Shown: positions 11,097 through 21,560, counted from the first letter of the stretch. The stretch is 64,000 bases of DNA from Candidatus Omnitrophota bacterium (GCA_029261065.1 JAJDCB010000006.1:64284-128283); one strand, 5' to 3'. Numbers and translations: made by a program. The notes: a model not told the origin generated them from the letters alone.

Positions 11097-12356
11097 TTAA
11101 TTATTATTTTCCTCAGGTAAAACAAATTCCCCAATAACTTGCTCTAACTCAGCAATCTTAATTGTGTACTCTGATAAAGACTCAAAATACCGCTGTTTTG
11201 TTTCTTGATAAGCCTTTACATTTTCTAAATAGGATAAAAAGGTTACTTCTCCTTCCTCATACCCTAAAGTTGTAAACCTTAAAATTTCATTAGCCTCTTT
11301 AATGGCTTCAATGGATATATCATGACTCTTTTTAGCTAAATCGGTCTCATGAAAAGCGATGTACACATCTAATGCAACTTCATTTTCCATACGTTTAAGC
11401 AATTCTTGAGCTTTTTCTCGCTCTAACTTAACCTGTGTAATTTCATTACTCTTAAAATTCCAAATAGGAAGATCAAACGCGACACCAACACCCCCCTTAT
11501 ATACATTTTCCTCCCTTTCAACAAAAATGCTTAATCCGTAACTCGGCAATCGATCTCTTTTAGCTAACCTTAACTCCTTATCCTTTTTATTAAGTTCACT
11601 CTTTTGCGTAAAAACATCTGGCCGTTCCTCCAATGCCATCTTCAACAATTCATCAAAAGATTTATCTAAACGCTCATCTTGAAAATTATCTATAAGATTA
11701 TAATCTTTTGACATAGGCTGGCCTAAAAGGAGATTAAACTTTCCCTTATTTATGAGATACTTCTTTTGTGAAGATAGGCTTAAATGTCTTGCATTGATAA
11801 CCTCTAACTTGGCTCGAGATAGTTCATGATTAACAGCATCTCCGGAATCAAACTTTATTTTAATCTTGTCTAAGAACTTTTGATTTAATTCCAAATTTTC
11901 TTGGCTTAACTCAACGGCCTTCTTTGAAAGAAGTGTTTGCGTATATTGTTCCTTAATATCTTTAACCGTATTAAGCCAAACACTTTTAAAAGCAGCTTCT
12001 TGCTGTTTGAGTTCATCCTCTGCAATTTTCTTTCTCAAGCCCCTTTTTCCCCAACCATCAATAGGCTGTGTCACTCTTATTTCACTATCTAAATCTTTGG
12101 TACTAAAACTTGAGTCGCCATCCAAATCTTTAGCTAAATTACCTACCTCAACTTCAAGCTCGGGATTGTCCCATTTCTTAGAAATCTTAAATTGAGATTC
12201 GGCAATTTTTATATCCTGACGCGCCTCCACAACACTTGGATTATGATCAAAAGCGATCTTAAGAGCCTCCTTAAGAGACAGCTTCTCCCCGGCTTGGGCG
12301 TGCCCAGCTGTACAAATTAACAATGATATTATTAAAAAATAGATTTTCCTCTTCAT
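11097..12356 (-). CDS. czcC: TolC-family outer membrane factor CzcC
   Basis: Signal peptide, LSLKEALKIAFDHNP, DLPIWN, GYEEGEVTFLSYL; upstream of czcBA. Confidence 0.85.
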   Translation of the reverse strand: MKRKIYFLIISLLICTAGHAQAGEKLSLKEALKIAFDHNPSVVEARQDIKIAESQFKISKKWDNPELEVEVGNLAKDLDGDSSFSTKDLDSEIRVTQPIDGWGKRGLRKKIAEDELKQQEAAFKSVWLNTVKDIKEQYTQTLLSKKAVELSQENLELNQKFLDKIKIKFDSGDAVNHELSRAKLEVINARHLSLSSQKKYLINKGKFNLLLGQPMSKDYNLIDNFQDERLDKSFDELLKMALEERPDVFTQKSELNKKDKELRLAKRDRLPSYGLSIFVEREENVYKGGVGVAFDLPIWNFKSNEITQVKLEREKAQELLKRMENEVALDVYIAFHETDLAKKSHDISIEAIKEANEILRFTTLGYEEGEVTFLSYLENVKAYQETKQRYFESLSEYTIKIAELEQVIGEFVLPEENNN

Positions 12357-12448
12357 AACATGTCCTTTAGGTAAATGTGTTTTATGTTAAAAACAAAAAA
12401 TAGGACTAGACGTTTTCTCAAACACCACAAAGACGAGATAACTTCTAT

Positions 12449-12712
12449 TTATGAATTGGAAATGGGGGGGCGAAACGCGGTAGGAAGGATGGGTTCTTCG
12501 TAAGAAAAATCTTGAGCAGAAAAAAATGATGTGGTAACTTTTGGTAAATTTAAAGATTGATCACTTGTTAAGATAGCTCCATGACAAGACCCATGGCAAA
12601 TCACAATACCATGATGATGCTCCGTTTCCTCATTATGATCCGCACAGAATGCATCAAGTGGTATAAAGGAAACCACAAGGGCGATCAGAATTAGGATTCT
12701 TAAGAATTTCAT
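12449..12712 (-). CDS. small His/Cys-rich leader protein ending FRPPISNS (CzcI/DUF2946-like candidate arrest peptide)
   Basis: 87 aa; signal-like N-terminus, HHH and CHGSCH, C-terminal RPP; 61/87 identical to the ORF at 48830-49093. Confidence 0.75.
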   Translation of the reverse strand: MKFLRILILIALVVSFIPLDAFCADHNEETEHHHGIVICHGSCHGAILTSDQSLNLPKVTTSFFSAQDFSYEEPILPTAFRPPISNS

Positions 12713-12718
12713 ATTAAA

Positions 12719-12747
12719 AGCTTACCACCGAAATTTACAAATGTCAA
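12719..12747 (-). promoter_or_regulatory. sigma70 promoter of the leader/czcCBA unit, predicted leaderless transcript
   Basis: TTGACA-17 bp-(TGG)TAAGCT, ending 6 nt before ATG 12712; no SD. Confidence 0.7.
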
Positions 12748-12762
12748 TTTGAGGAAAGCCCA

Positions 12763-13005
12763 TTAGTGATTACAGATCTTATCTTCTTCTGTAGAAAACC
12801 CACCTTCCTCATCTACAAATTTTCCACGACTCTCAAGAAAGTCCATTAATTCAACAGCCGTCATGTTTTCCTCTGAACAAGTATGAAAACGCGCTTCTTC
12901 ACCAAACTTCTTATCAATAGCCTCTTTAAGGCTTTCTTTGGTAAAGGTTTGCTTAAGTTCAATCATCATACTCATGACGTCATGACCGTGTATAGATTCT
13001 GCCAT
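12763..13005 (-). CDS. yecH: YecH family putative metal-binding protein
   Basis: SIHGHDVM, FGEEARFHTCS, C-terminal ICNH. Confidence 0.88.
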   Translation of the reverse strand: MAESIHGHDVMSMMIELKQTFTKESLKEAIDKKFGEEARFHTCSEENMTAVELMDFLESRGKFVDEEGGFSTEEDKICNH

Positions 13006-13024
13006 TTTTCACCTCTTGTTGATG

Positions 13025-16000
13025 CTAAACATTTTGTTGATTACGCTTAGAACGATTTATTCTACCATATTGCCATTCCAAGACAATACTTAATACAACT
13101 GGAACAAGTACAAGTGTAAAAATTGTTGAAACAAGCAAGCCTCCTACAACAACACTTCCTAATCCTCTATATAACTCACTTCCCGAACCAGGCATTAAAA
13201 CAAGCGGTAACATGCCGCCAACACTCGTTAACGTACTCATTAAGATGGGACGTACACGACTAATAACACTTGCCCTTATCGCTTCGTTTGGATGCATCGC
13301 TCCGTCTTCATTTAAGAAATTCAACGTCTGATGCACAAGTAAAATCGCATTGTTTACAACAACTCCAGCCAAAATCATAAATCCTAACATCGTTAAAACA
13401 TCTAAATTTTGTACTGGCATATAACGATCTAGTTCTGAGAAGAAATGTACAACCGACAAACCTAAAAATCCGCCAAAAGTGGCTAAAGGAACTGAGACCA
13501 TAATAACAAATGGGTAAACCCAACTTTGAAATAATACAACCATGGTTAAGTACACAACAAACAAAGCCAAAAACATCGAACTCGATAAAGTCCCTACTAA
13601 AGATCCATCTCCAAGCATTGCCCTTTTAAGTTCGTTTAACTTTCCAGCTGTTCCCGCCTGATTCATGTGAACGGATGGATGAATAGCTCCGGTCTCACGT
13701 AAATTTAAAACAACTTCATCAATTTTTTCAACCGCTTCTTGTAGCGTCATCCCTGGTGGCGGAGTTAACTGTAAGGTGACAGCTCTTTGACGATTGACAC
13801 GTTTAATCTGATTCGGTTGAGAGACACGTTTTATGGTAGCGACAGAAGCTAAATCAACAACTTGTCCATCTGGGGCTGCAAATAATGCATTGTTTAAAGC
13901 TTCTACTGGCACATCGCTTAACGCGCCATGTGTAATAATTTTTAAATCTTTAAGTTCACCTGCTACTTCATACTCGCCCACAAATAAACCATCGCCGTAA
14001 GCCCGAATAATTAATCCCAAATCTTGTCGTGTCATTCCCATTTCACTGAGACGTTCATCGTTTGCAACAATTTGTATCTCTGGTGTTGGTAAAGAGAAGT
14101 TCGCGGGTTCTGGTTGAATCGCATAAGGACCGAATGATTCGATTAAAGAACCCATCAGCGCTCCGGCGGATGCTGAGACATGTTCTAAATTATCTCCAGT
14201 TAAATCAATATTGATAGCGGAACCTGTCTGACCACCTGTACGAAACAAAGGAAACTGGAAAGAAAAGCTAAAAGTATCAGGAGCTTGATCTCCGGCCGTT
14301 GCGTAATTAAATAAATTAAGGGTGTCAACAACACGCTTATCTTCCTTTACAATAGCAACATGAAAGACACGTCCATCCCATCCAACAACAAAATAATGAT
14401 CCAATAGCGGCGCTTTAATGGTAGGAGCCCCTTCTTCCATACTCAACGGAAGATCAACACGACGATCTTTAACATTTTTATCTTCTCCTAAAACGCGCTC
14501 AATCTCAAACTTCGCCTCTGTCAATTCCCAAGCAGGCCTTACCCTCTCTTCTAATCGCTCCCCTAACTTATCTAATTGTTTAACGTTATACCCAGGTGGA
14601 GGAATCATTAAACCAAAAACGATATTTCGATTTCCTTTTGGCAAATAATCCATAGGCGGTAGAAGCAAGGCAATACCGATAACAGTAACCAACCCAAACG
14701 AAACAATTGTCACAATACGAAGAGACCATGTTGACGCTAGTTTATGAACAAAATTTCCAACAAAAACAGGCAAATTTTTAAGACTTAACTTACCCAAAAA
14801 CCCTTTCTTCTTTTCTTCTGGCTTTTTATTACTTTTAATTAATATGCGTGAAGCAGCTGAAGGAATAACCATAACCGAGACAATCAAACTTAAGCCAACC
14901 GCTGCCGCAATTGCTAAAACGATATCGCGAAATAATTGTCCGGCTGATTCTTGAATCAACAATACGGGTAAAAATACAACCAACGTTGTTAACGTTGAGG
15001 CCACAACAGCTCCGGACACTTCCTGCGCCCCATCCAAAGAGGATTGTTTAACACTCTTGCCCATCTCCAAATGACGAAAAATATTTTCAATCACAACAAT
15101 CGCATTATCAACAACCATCCCAACAGCAAAAGCCATTCCCGCTAAAGAAACAATATTTATACTTCGCCCTAAGACAACTAAGACAATGATACTTCCAATA
15201 ACAGATATTGGAATCGCTACGGCGATAATACCAATGGTTCTTAAAGAACGTAAAAACAGCAACAACGTAATGATCGATAAAAAGCCGCCTATAAAGATAT
15301 TAGATTGAACAAGACCAATGGCTTGATGAACATACTGTGTTGAGTCATATGTCTGCACAAGCTCAAGTATTCCGTTAAGCCCCAATTCTTTCGCATGTTG
15401 TTCCAGCAAAGCCCCTGGTTCGTTTAATTGATCACAAACCGCTTGAACCTCATCCATGGTCTTAATTAAATTTGCTCCTGTCTCAAGCTGAAAATTAAAA
15501 AACGGCATCACATGTCCACGCGCCCGGACATAATTCTGCCGTTCTTTGTATGTTTCTACAACCTCAGCTACATCTTTTAAGTAAACCGGGCCGCTTTCAT
15601 CACGTCGAATAATTAGACTCTTAACCTTTTCTATATTAGAGAAGCGCCCCAACATGCGAACGCGAACATCATTTTTTCCTTCTGATAATTTTCCACCGGA
15701 GTAATTTTCGTTATTTAAAAGTAACGTGTCATAAAGTTGCTGTATCGTCATCTCCCGTTGTGCTAACGACACTGGATCAATACGAATTTGAACCTCACGC
15801 TCACGCGCCCCTAATATACCAACAAGAGAAACTCCTGGGATGCGTTCAAAAATAGGCTTTAACTTCTTATCCATAAAATCAAATAACGTTGTTGTATCAA
15901 ACTCAGGATCTGACGAAGCTAATCCGATCCAAGCAATATAATCAATTGATTCTGGATCGACATCTTGAATAACAGGCCGATCGACTCCTTGTGGGTAATT

Positions 16001-16351
16001 TGGAACTTGGCTTAGCTTTTGATCAACCTCGCTCATCGCATCATCAATATCCGTACCCGTTCGAAACTCCAAACGAATCTGCCCTTGACCAGACTGACTT
16101 AAAGATGTCATAGCAACTAATCCAGCAATACCCTGCAACACCTCTTCTTGTTCATCGACAACTTCTGTTTCAATCTCCTGCGGACTAGAGTTTTCCCACG
16201 TTGTCGTTACAGCAATGACAACAGATTCAACCTCCGGCGCCATTTGAACGGGAACACGTGTGAAAGAAAGAATACCTGCAAGAACAACAAGAATAACCCC
16301 AACGGCAACTGTAATAGGTTGTTTGATACTAAATTCTATCCAAGATTTCAT
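13025..16351 (-). CDS. AcrB/AcrD/AcrF family RND transporter
   Basis: 1108 aa; SLAGMAFAVGMVVDNAIVVIENI, VVVNNAILLV, RVRPILMS, GSELYRGLG. Confidence 0.9.
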   Translation of the reverse strand: MKSWIEFSIKQPITVAVGVILVVLAGILSFTRVPVQMAPEVESVVIAVTTTWENSSPQEIETEVVDEQEEVLQGIAGLVAMTSLSQSGQGQIRLEFRTGTDIDDAMSEVDQKLSQVPNYPQGVDRPVIQDVDPESIDYIAWIGLASSDPEFDTTTLFDFMDKKLKPIFERIPGVSLVGILGAREREVQIRIDPVSLAQREMTIQQLYDTLLLNNENYSGGKLSEGKNDVRVRMLGRFSNIEKVKSLIIRRDESGPVYLKDVAEVVETYKERQNYVRARGHVMPFFNFQLETGANLIKTMDEVQAVCDQLNEPGALLEQHAKELGLNGILELVQTYDSTQYVHQAIGLVQSNIFIGGFLSIITLLLFLRSLRTIGIIAVAIPISVIGSIIVLVVLGRSINIVSLAGMAFAVGMVVDNAIVVIENIFRHLEMGKSVKQSSLDGAQEVSGAVVASTLTTLVVFLPVLLIQESAGQLFRDIVLAIAAAVGLSLIVSVMVIPSAASRILIKSNKKPEEKKKGFLGKLSLKNLPVFVGNFVHKLASTWSLRIVTIVSFGLVTVIGIALLLPPMDYLPKGNRNIVFGLMIPPPGYNVKQLDKLGERLEERVRPAWELTEAKFEIERVLGEDKNVKDRRVDLPLSMEEGAPTIKAPLLDHYFVVGWDGRVFHVAIVKEDKRVVDTLNLFNYATAGDQAPDTFSFSFQFPLFRTGGQTGSAINIDLTGDNLEHVSASAGALMGSLIESFGPYAIQPEPANFSLPTPEIQIVANDERLSEMGMTRQDLGLIIRAYGDGLFVGEYEVAGELKDLKIITHGALSDVPVEALNNALFAAPDGQVVDLASVATIKRVSQPNQIKRVNRQRAVTLQLTPPPGMTLQEAVEKIDEVVLNLRETGAIHPSVHMNQAGTAGKLNELKRAMLGDGSLVGTLSSSMFLALFVVYLTMVVLFQSWVYPFVIMVSVPLATFGGFLGLSVVHFFSELDRYMPVQNLDVLTMLGFMILAGVVVNNAILLVHQTLNFLNEDGAMHPNEAIRASVISRVRPILMSTLTSVGGMLPLVLMPGSGSELYRGLGSVVVGGLLVSTIFTLVLVPVVLSIVLEWQYGRINRSKRNQQNV

Positions 16352-16353
16352 CG

Positions 16354-17502
16354 TTATTTCTTTGCCTTCATTTTTGTGATTTCAATAGGACTATTAGGGA
16401 AGATGCGTTCATTACCTTCAACAATTATGAAATCCCCTGCTTTTACTTGATCTGTCTCGATAACTGCCTCACCACCAAATGTAAACAGAATTTGCACTGG
16501 AACCTGCATCGCCATATGCCCTTTGTCTGCTGGCTGAGCTTTAAAAACAAACGAACCAAACTGATTACGGATAAGCGCATCATCAGGAACAACTAACCCT
16601 GTCATTTGTTTACCAACCGGAACCCAAGTTGTCACAGACATCCCAGGGGATAATAATGCTGCTCTATCTTTAATTTGTACGATTAGCTTCAATGTCCGTG
16701 AACGCGTATCGACCTGATGAATCATCTTTATGGATTCGCTTTTAAAACGCTTCTTTAAAGCATCGACTTCTATTTCCAAAAAATCGTTACTTTCAAAAGT
16801 TGCTTGAACCAAACGTTCCGAAAGGTTAATCCATGCTTCTATAGCACCAGATGAGATCATTGTGACAACAGCCGTTCCCGGTGTTAACCATTCACCAGGT
16901 TCAACATGACGCGCAATAACCGATCCATTAAAAGGGGCTTTAATTGTCATATCTTCTAATCGTACTCTCAATAATTCAATTCGACTTTTAATTTCTTCGA
17001 CACTTCCCTTTGCTGACTGCAAGCGCGCAACGGCAACCTTCTTCTCGCGTTCTGCATCCAAAAAATCTCTTAAAGAAACTGCCTTCTGCTTATATAACCC
17101 CTCTTTCATTTCATAATCAACCTCAACACGCTGTGATTCTACTTGACGTTGTTCAATCAAAGAGTTTGCGGTAGCCATTGCTGCTTTTGCCTCTTTTAAT
17201 TGAGCATCTAAACGCCGTCTATCTAATTCAACAAGAATATCACCCTGTTTTACCAATTGCCCTTCGTTAACTAAAACACTTAAAATCGCGCCTTCCTCAC
17301 GTGCGGCAACTTCAGATTCGGAGACAGCGCGTAATGTTCCAATAGCTTTTTGTCGTTGCTGAACGCTTCTTTCTTCAACCTCTAAAACACGAACAGCTGC
17401 AGCAGGCATCGCGGGAGGAGCTGCTTCTTCGGCAAATACTATTCCTTCCAAAAATACTAAATTTAACAACAACACAATTTTTACAACAATAATTTTCTTC
17501 AT
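16354..17502 (-). CDS. RND periplasmic adaptor (MFP); start probably 17502
   Basis: VNEGQLVKQGDILVELD, IKAPFNG, LSPGMSV; SD AGAGG before ATG 17502. Confidence 0.85.
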   Translation of the reverse strand: MKKIIVVKIVLLLNLVFLEGIVFAEEAAPPAMPAAAVRVLEVEERSVQQRQKAIGTLRAVSESEVAAREEGAILSVLVNEGQLVKQGDILVELDRRRLDAQLKEAKAAMATANSLIEQRQVESQRVEVDYEMKEGLYKQKAVSLRDFLDAEREKKVAVARLQSAKGSVEEIKSRIELLRVRLEDMTIKAPFNGSVIARHVEPGEWLTPGTAVVTMISSGAIEAWINLSERLVQATFESNDFLEIEVDALKKRFKSESIKMIHQVDTRSRTLKLIVQIKDRAALLSPGMSVTTWVPVGKQMTGLVVPDDALIRNQFGSFVFKAQPADKGHMAMQVPVQILFTFGGEAVIETDQVKAGDFIIVEGNERIFPNSPIEITKMKAKK

Positions 17503-17516
17503 AACAACACCTCTTT

Positions 17517-18926
17517 TTATTTCCATCCACCGCCTAATGCCTTAATAAGAAGAACAGTGGTAATTAATCTTTGTTTAATATTTTCAACCTCTTGTCTTTG
17601 GGCATCTAGTGAAACACGTTGCGCATCAACAACCTCTAAAAAGCTAACTAATCCAGCACGGTAACGTTTCATTGATGCCTCTGACGCACTTGTTGCTGCA
17701 TGAGCAGAACGTTTGACTGCACTTGATTGAAGCTCCAAAATTCTCAAACCTGATAAACTATCTTCAACCTCTTGAAAGGCTACTAAAATATTTTGTCGAT
17801 AATCAGCCATTGAAATTTCATATTGTGCTTTGGCCTGTTGAAGTTTTGCCTGATTCCGGCCTCCTTGAAAAATAGGAAAATTAACACTTGGACCTATGGA
17901 CCATGCCCGACTACTCCAGGCAACAATGTCATCGATATCACCACTTTCAAAACCGGCATCTCCTGTTAATGTTATCTTTGGAAAAAATGCAGCACGAGCT
18001 ACTCCAATGCGAGCATTCGTTGCAGCCATCTTTCGTTCAGCAGAGGCAACATCTGGGCGACGCTCAAGAAGCTCTGATGGTAATCCAGCCGGAATACGTG
18101 GAAACCCCATTAATTCTGTCTGCGGCTCTAAAGAAAAACGTGACGGTGCCTGACCAACTAAAACAGCAATCGCATGTTCCACCTCTGCTCGTTGTTTTTG
18201 TAAACCAATCACATCTACTTCTACATTAGCCATTTCTGTCTCAGCACGATAAAGATCGGTTTGACTGACCTCACCACTTTCATATAAATTTTCAACAATT
18301 CCGTAAGCACGCTCTCGGATTTTTAAATGTTCTTTAAGAAGGAGAATCTCTCTATCTAAAGAATTTAATGTAAAATAATTCCGAGCTAACTCTGCACGAA
18401 GAGATAACACAACATTATTAAAATCTGCAATACTCGCTTTATATTCTTCTTTAGCAGCTTCAACAGAACGACGAACACGTCCCCACAAATCTAATTCATA
18501 ACTTAATTCAAAGGGAAGTTTATAATCATTAAACACTTGGGTTTCAAGGGCAAAGGGCTCAAGTGTACCTGATTGTCCTGTGCGCGTCCATTCTGGATTA
18601 AAATCAACAGATGGATAAATCTCCCCTCTATTAAACTTAACAACACTGCGCGCTTCTTTAACACGCGCGGCCGCTCCAATTAAAGATTGATTCTTATCAA
18701 CCTCTTCTTGCAATTCATTTAACGTGTCATTTTTAAAAACGCGCCACCAATCTCCCTTAGGGAAAGCATCATTTGGTTCTGCCACTTTCCAATTTGCGTC
18801 TTCCTTATAATTGTCGGGAATATCAAGCGTTGGACGAGCATAATCTGGTGTGAGTGCCGTACAACCCGTTAAAGAAAAAAGAAATATCATTAATACAATT
18901 TTATTATTTGTCATAAGTTTTACCAT
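17517..18926 (-). CDS. NodT/OprM family outer membrane efflux lipoprotein (start 18926 or 18914)
   Basis: Lipobox LTGC, WW, SYELDLWGRVRR, LLERRPDV, LIKALGGGW. Confidence 0.9.
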   Translation of the reverse strand: MVKLMTNNKIVLMIFLFSLTGCTALTPDYARPTLDIPDNYKEDANWKVAEPNDAFPKGDWWRVFKNDTLNELQEEVDKNQSLIGAAARVKEARSVVKFNRGEIYPSVDFNPEWTRTGQSGTLEPFALETQVFNDYKLPFELSYELDLWGRVRRSVEAAKEEYKASIADFNNVVLSLRAELARNYFTLNSLDREILLLKEHLKIRERAYGIVENLYESGEVSQTDLYRAETEMANVEVDVIGLQKQRAEVEHAIAVLVGQAPSRFSLEPQTELMGFPRIPAGLPSELLERRPDVASAERKMAATNARIGVARAAFFPKITLTGDAGFESGDIDDIVAWSSRAWSIGPSVNFPIFQGGRNQAKLQQAKAQYEISMADYRQNILVAFQEVEDSLSGLRILELQSSAVKRSAHAATSASEASMKRYRAGLVSFLEVVDAQRVSLDAQRQEVENIKQRLITTVLLIKALGGGWK

Positions 18927-18930
18927 TTTT

Positions 18931-18948
18931 TTTGACTGAACAGTCAAA
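18931..18948. promoter_or_regulatory. second putative TetR operator
   Basis: TTTGACTGAACAGTCAAA palindrome, one base different from the site at 19592-19607. Confidence 0.7.
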
Positions 18949-18966
18949 TATGATTACAAAAAAAAA

Positions 18967-19578
18967 TTAAGACACGTTTGCTTCTGTCTTAATTCCTAAT
19001 ATATCAAAAACACCATTCTTAATGTTTTTGATGGATTCCAAATTGTTTGTGATTCTTGCTTGAGATAAGACTCCATGGTAATAACAATAAATTTCATCAA
19101 TCTTTGCATCTATATTTGTGATCTCAATCTGGTCTTCTGCCTGCGCATCACGTAGGGCGGCTGCAAAATATTTTTTGATTGCCCCACATTTCGCCTCCAT
19201 GGCCTCACGAATCTTTTGTTCGATAATACCTTGTTCTGTCCCAAGAGATGAATACGGACACCCACAAACAAAGCCTAGCTTTTCAAATTGATCCGCTTGA
19301 ACTTCATAGATCAAATCAAAATAGTCTGTTAGTCGTTTTAATCCTGGTGATTGTGTTGAAAAAATACGATCAAATTTGGGTTGGTATTCTTCGAAATGGA
19401 AAGCAAATGCAGCAACAGCTAAATCGGCTTTCGAAGGGAAATAATGGTAAAAGCTTCCTTTATTAACAGCCGCTTTTTTACAGATGTCCTCCACACTCAC
19501 AGCGCCATAACTTTCGCTCCAAATCAAGTTAATGGCCGTCTTCATAATCCGCTCTTTTGTATTTTTGCTTTTAACCAT
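18967..19578 (-). CDS. TetR/AcrR family regulator (NemR/ComR/YxaF-like)
   Basis: N-terminal HTH SVEDICKKAAVNKGSFYHYFPSK; GCPYSSLGTE. Confidence 0.9.
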   Translation of the reverse strand: MVKSKNTKERIMKTAINLIWSESYGAVSVEDICKKAAVNKGSFYHYFPSKADLAVAAFAFHFEEYQPKFDRIFSTQSPGLKRLTDYFDLIYEVQADQFEKLGFVCGCPYSSLGTEQGIIEQKIREAMEAKCGAIKKYFAAALRDAQAEDQIEITNIDAKIDEIYCYYHGVLSQARITNNLESIKNIKNGVFDILGIKTEANVS

Positions 19579-19584
19579 GGCGCT

Positions 19585-19614
19585 ATTGTACTTGACTGAT
19601 CAGTCAAATGTCAA
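19585..19614 (-). promoter_or_regulatory. tetR promoter with operator in the spacer (autorepression), leaderless
   Basis: TTGACA-18 bp-TACAAT 6 nt before ATG; perfect palindrome TTGACTGATCAGTCAA at 19592-19607. Confidence 0.8.
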
Positions 19615-19769
19615 GTTTTTATTTTGAAGGGTTGGTTGATATTTACACACCGCCAAAAATTGTTTTAATATGAGAAAAAGTCCTCTTAGAATTATGAGAT
19701 ACAATAAACAAAGAATGTTAGGCACGATTTAATAAATTTTACGTTTAATCGTAGCTGTCACTATTTTTT

Positions 19770-20483
19770 TTATTTTTTTATCTCAAGAAGTTCGACTTCA
19801 AAAACCAATACAGCACTTGGACCAATCACGGGAGGAGAACCTCTTTGTCCATAAGCAAGTTGCGATGGTATAAAGAGTTTATAATGACTTCCAACATTCA
19901 TTAGCATAAGCGCCTCTGTCCAACCTTTAATAACACCGTTAACCGGAAATTCCGCTGGCTGCCCTCGTTTATAAGAACTGTCAAACTCCGTACCATCAAT
20001 CAACGAGCCTCTATAGTTGACTTTTACTTTATCTGTTGCGGTCGGCTTAGGCCCCGTACCTTCTTTAATAATCGAATATTGCAAACCACTCTCTGTTGTT
20101 ATAACCCCATCAACTTCTTTATTCTCTTTGAGAAAACTATTTCCTTCCATCTCATTCTTTTCCAAAAGTTCTTTGCTCTTCTCCATCATCTTTTTCTGCA
20201 TTTCCATTGAAAATTCTCGCATAATGGTCTGTCCTTCCTCAGGAGGAATTATGAGAGGTCGCCCTTGATACTGATCGTTCATTCCCATTATTAATTTATC
20301 GATATCAATATCCTCTTTCATAGGAATAATGGATTGTGCAATATCCGCACCTATCAGATAACTTATCTTTTCCTTCTTACTTTGAAGTTCAACACCCTTC
20401 TCCTTTTCGGCATTAACATTACTGCATACCAATAAAACAACTAGAACACCAACTAAACTTGCACAAATTTTCGAGTTTTTCAT
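19770..20483 (-). CDS. FKBP-type peptidyl-prolyl isomerase (FkpA/Mip type)
   Basis: Signal peptide, SYLIG, TESGLQY, VNYRGSLIDGTEFDSS, VIKGWTEAL. Confidence 0.93.
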   Translation of the reverse strand: MKNSKICASLVGVLVVLLVCSNVNAEKEKGVELQSKKEKISYLIGADIAQSIIPMKEDIDIDKLIMGMNDQYQGRPLIIPPEEGQTIMREFSMEMQKKMMEKSKELLEKNEMEGNSFLKENKEVDGVITTESGLQYSIIKEGTGPKPTATDKVKVNYRGSLIDGTEFDSSYKRGQPAEFPVNGVIKGWTEALMLMNVGSHYKLFIPSQLAYGQRGSPPVIGPSAVLVFEVELLEIKK

Positions 20484-20534
20484 AATAATTCCTTTTCTTA
20501 ATATTAATAAACGATGACAGAATCTCTTTAAAAC

Positions 20535-20846
20535 CTACATCTGCATCATCTTTGAGACCCGTATTGATCCACCATTTTCCAAAAACGGATCTGATTGCGC
20601 AATTTTCACAGCCTCCTCCATACTTTCTGCTTTAACAACAGCAAACCCTTTCATCGCATTCGCATCACTATCATCTTCAACACTTGTTTTTGTAACAATT
20701 TTTGAGGCCGGCAGAGGTGTTCCCGGATTAACGATCGTTTCACCAAGACTTTCTACCCACGCTTTCCATTTCCCCATTTGAGCCATACCCTCTTCTTTGG
20801 AACTGGGTTGATTTCCGCCGTGGTAAGCAATCATGAAATTATCCAT
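20535..20846 (-). CDS. YCII-related domain protein
   Basis: 103 aa; WKAW, GTPL, GFAVVKAESMEEAVKIAQSDP. Confidence 0.7.
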   Translation of the reverse strand: MDNFMIAYHGGNQPSSKEEGMAQMGKWKAWVESLGETIVNPGTPLPASKIVTKTSVEDDSDANAMKGFAVVKAESMEEAVKIAQSDPFLENGGSIRVSKMMQM

Positions 20847-20978
20847 AAGTAACTCCTTTGTTTAAATAAACGCCTTTTTTAAACCAATCTTTCTACGACA
20901 GGAGGATTATATCACAGAATACATTCTTTAAATATGTAGAAAAATCGAAAGATCCAGAAGGAGCGACAAGTAATTTTT

Positions 20979-21560
20979 TTACTTTAAAATACTTTTTACC
21001 TTCTTTTGTAAATAAGGAACAACTTCTTTGGTAAACCAACGATTTTTATTCATCCAAATAAAATTTCGTGGTGATGGATGAGGTAAAGGCAAATACTTAG
21101 GCGAATATTCTTTATACGCTTTAACTGTTTTTGTTAATGTTTCTTTCCGATTGTCTAAATAATACCTTTGAGAATATTGACCAATAAGTAATATCAGCTG
21201 AATCTTCGGAAGTTTTTTTAATATCTTTTCATGCCACAAAGGAGCACATTCTTCACGTGGAGGTAAATCACCTGACTTTCCTTTCCCCGGATAACAAAAC
21301 CCCATAGGAACAATAGCAATCTTTGACTCATCATAAAATATATCCGAATCAATATCCATCCATTCCCTTAATTTATTGCCACTTGGATCATTCCAGGGAA
21401 CTCCACTTTCATGCACCTTTCTACCTGGCGCCTGACCAATGATAATAATCCTAGCGCTTGGATGAACACTAAACACAGGCCTTATCCCATGTGGTAAATA
21501 TTCCTTACATGTTTGACATGATTTAATTTCTTTAATTAGATTTTTAAAATCTTTATTCAT
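20979..21560 (-). CDS. uracil-DNA glycosylase superfamily protein (start probably 21560)
   Basis: CQTC, IIGQAPG, CYPG, PPREEC, LPHPSPRN. Confidence 0.85.
   Translation of the reverse strand: MNKDFKNLIKEIKSCQTCKEYLPHGIRPVFSVHPSARIIIIGQAPGRKVHESGVPWNDPSGNKLREWMDIDSDIFYDESKIAIVPMGFCYPGKGKSGDLPPREECAPLWHEKILKKLPKIQLILLIGQYSQRYYLDNRKETLTKTVKAYKEYSPKYLPLPHPSPRNFIWMNKNRWFTKEVVPYLQKKVKSILK

Noticed and set aside
19681-19700. Additional tRNA-Met scar (ctcttagaattatgag)
   Set aside because: Too degenerate to distinguish from chance in AT-rich DNA.
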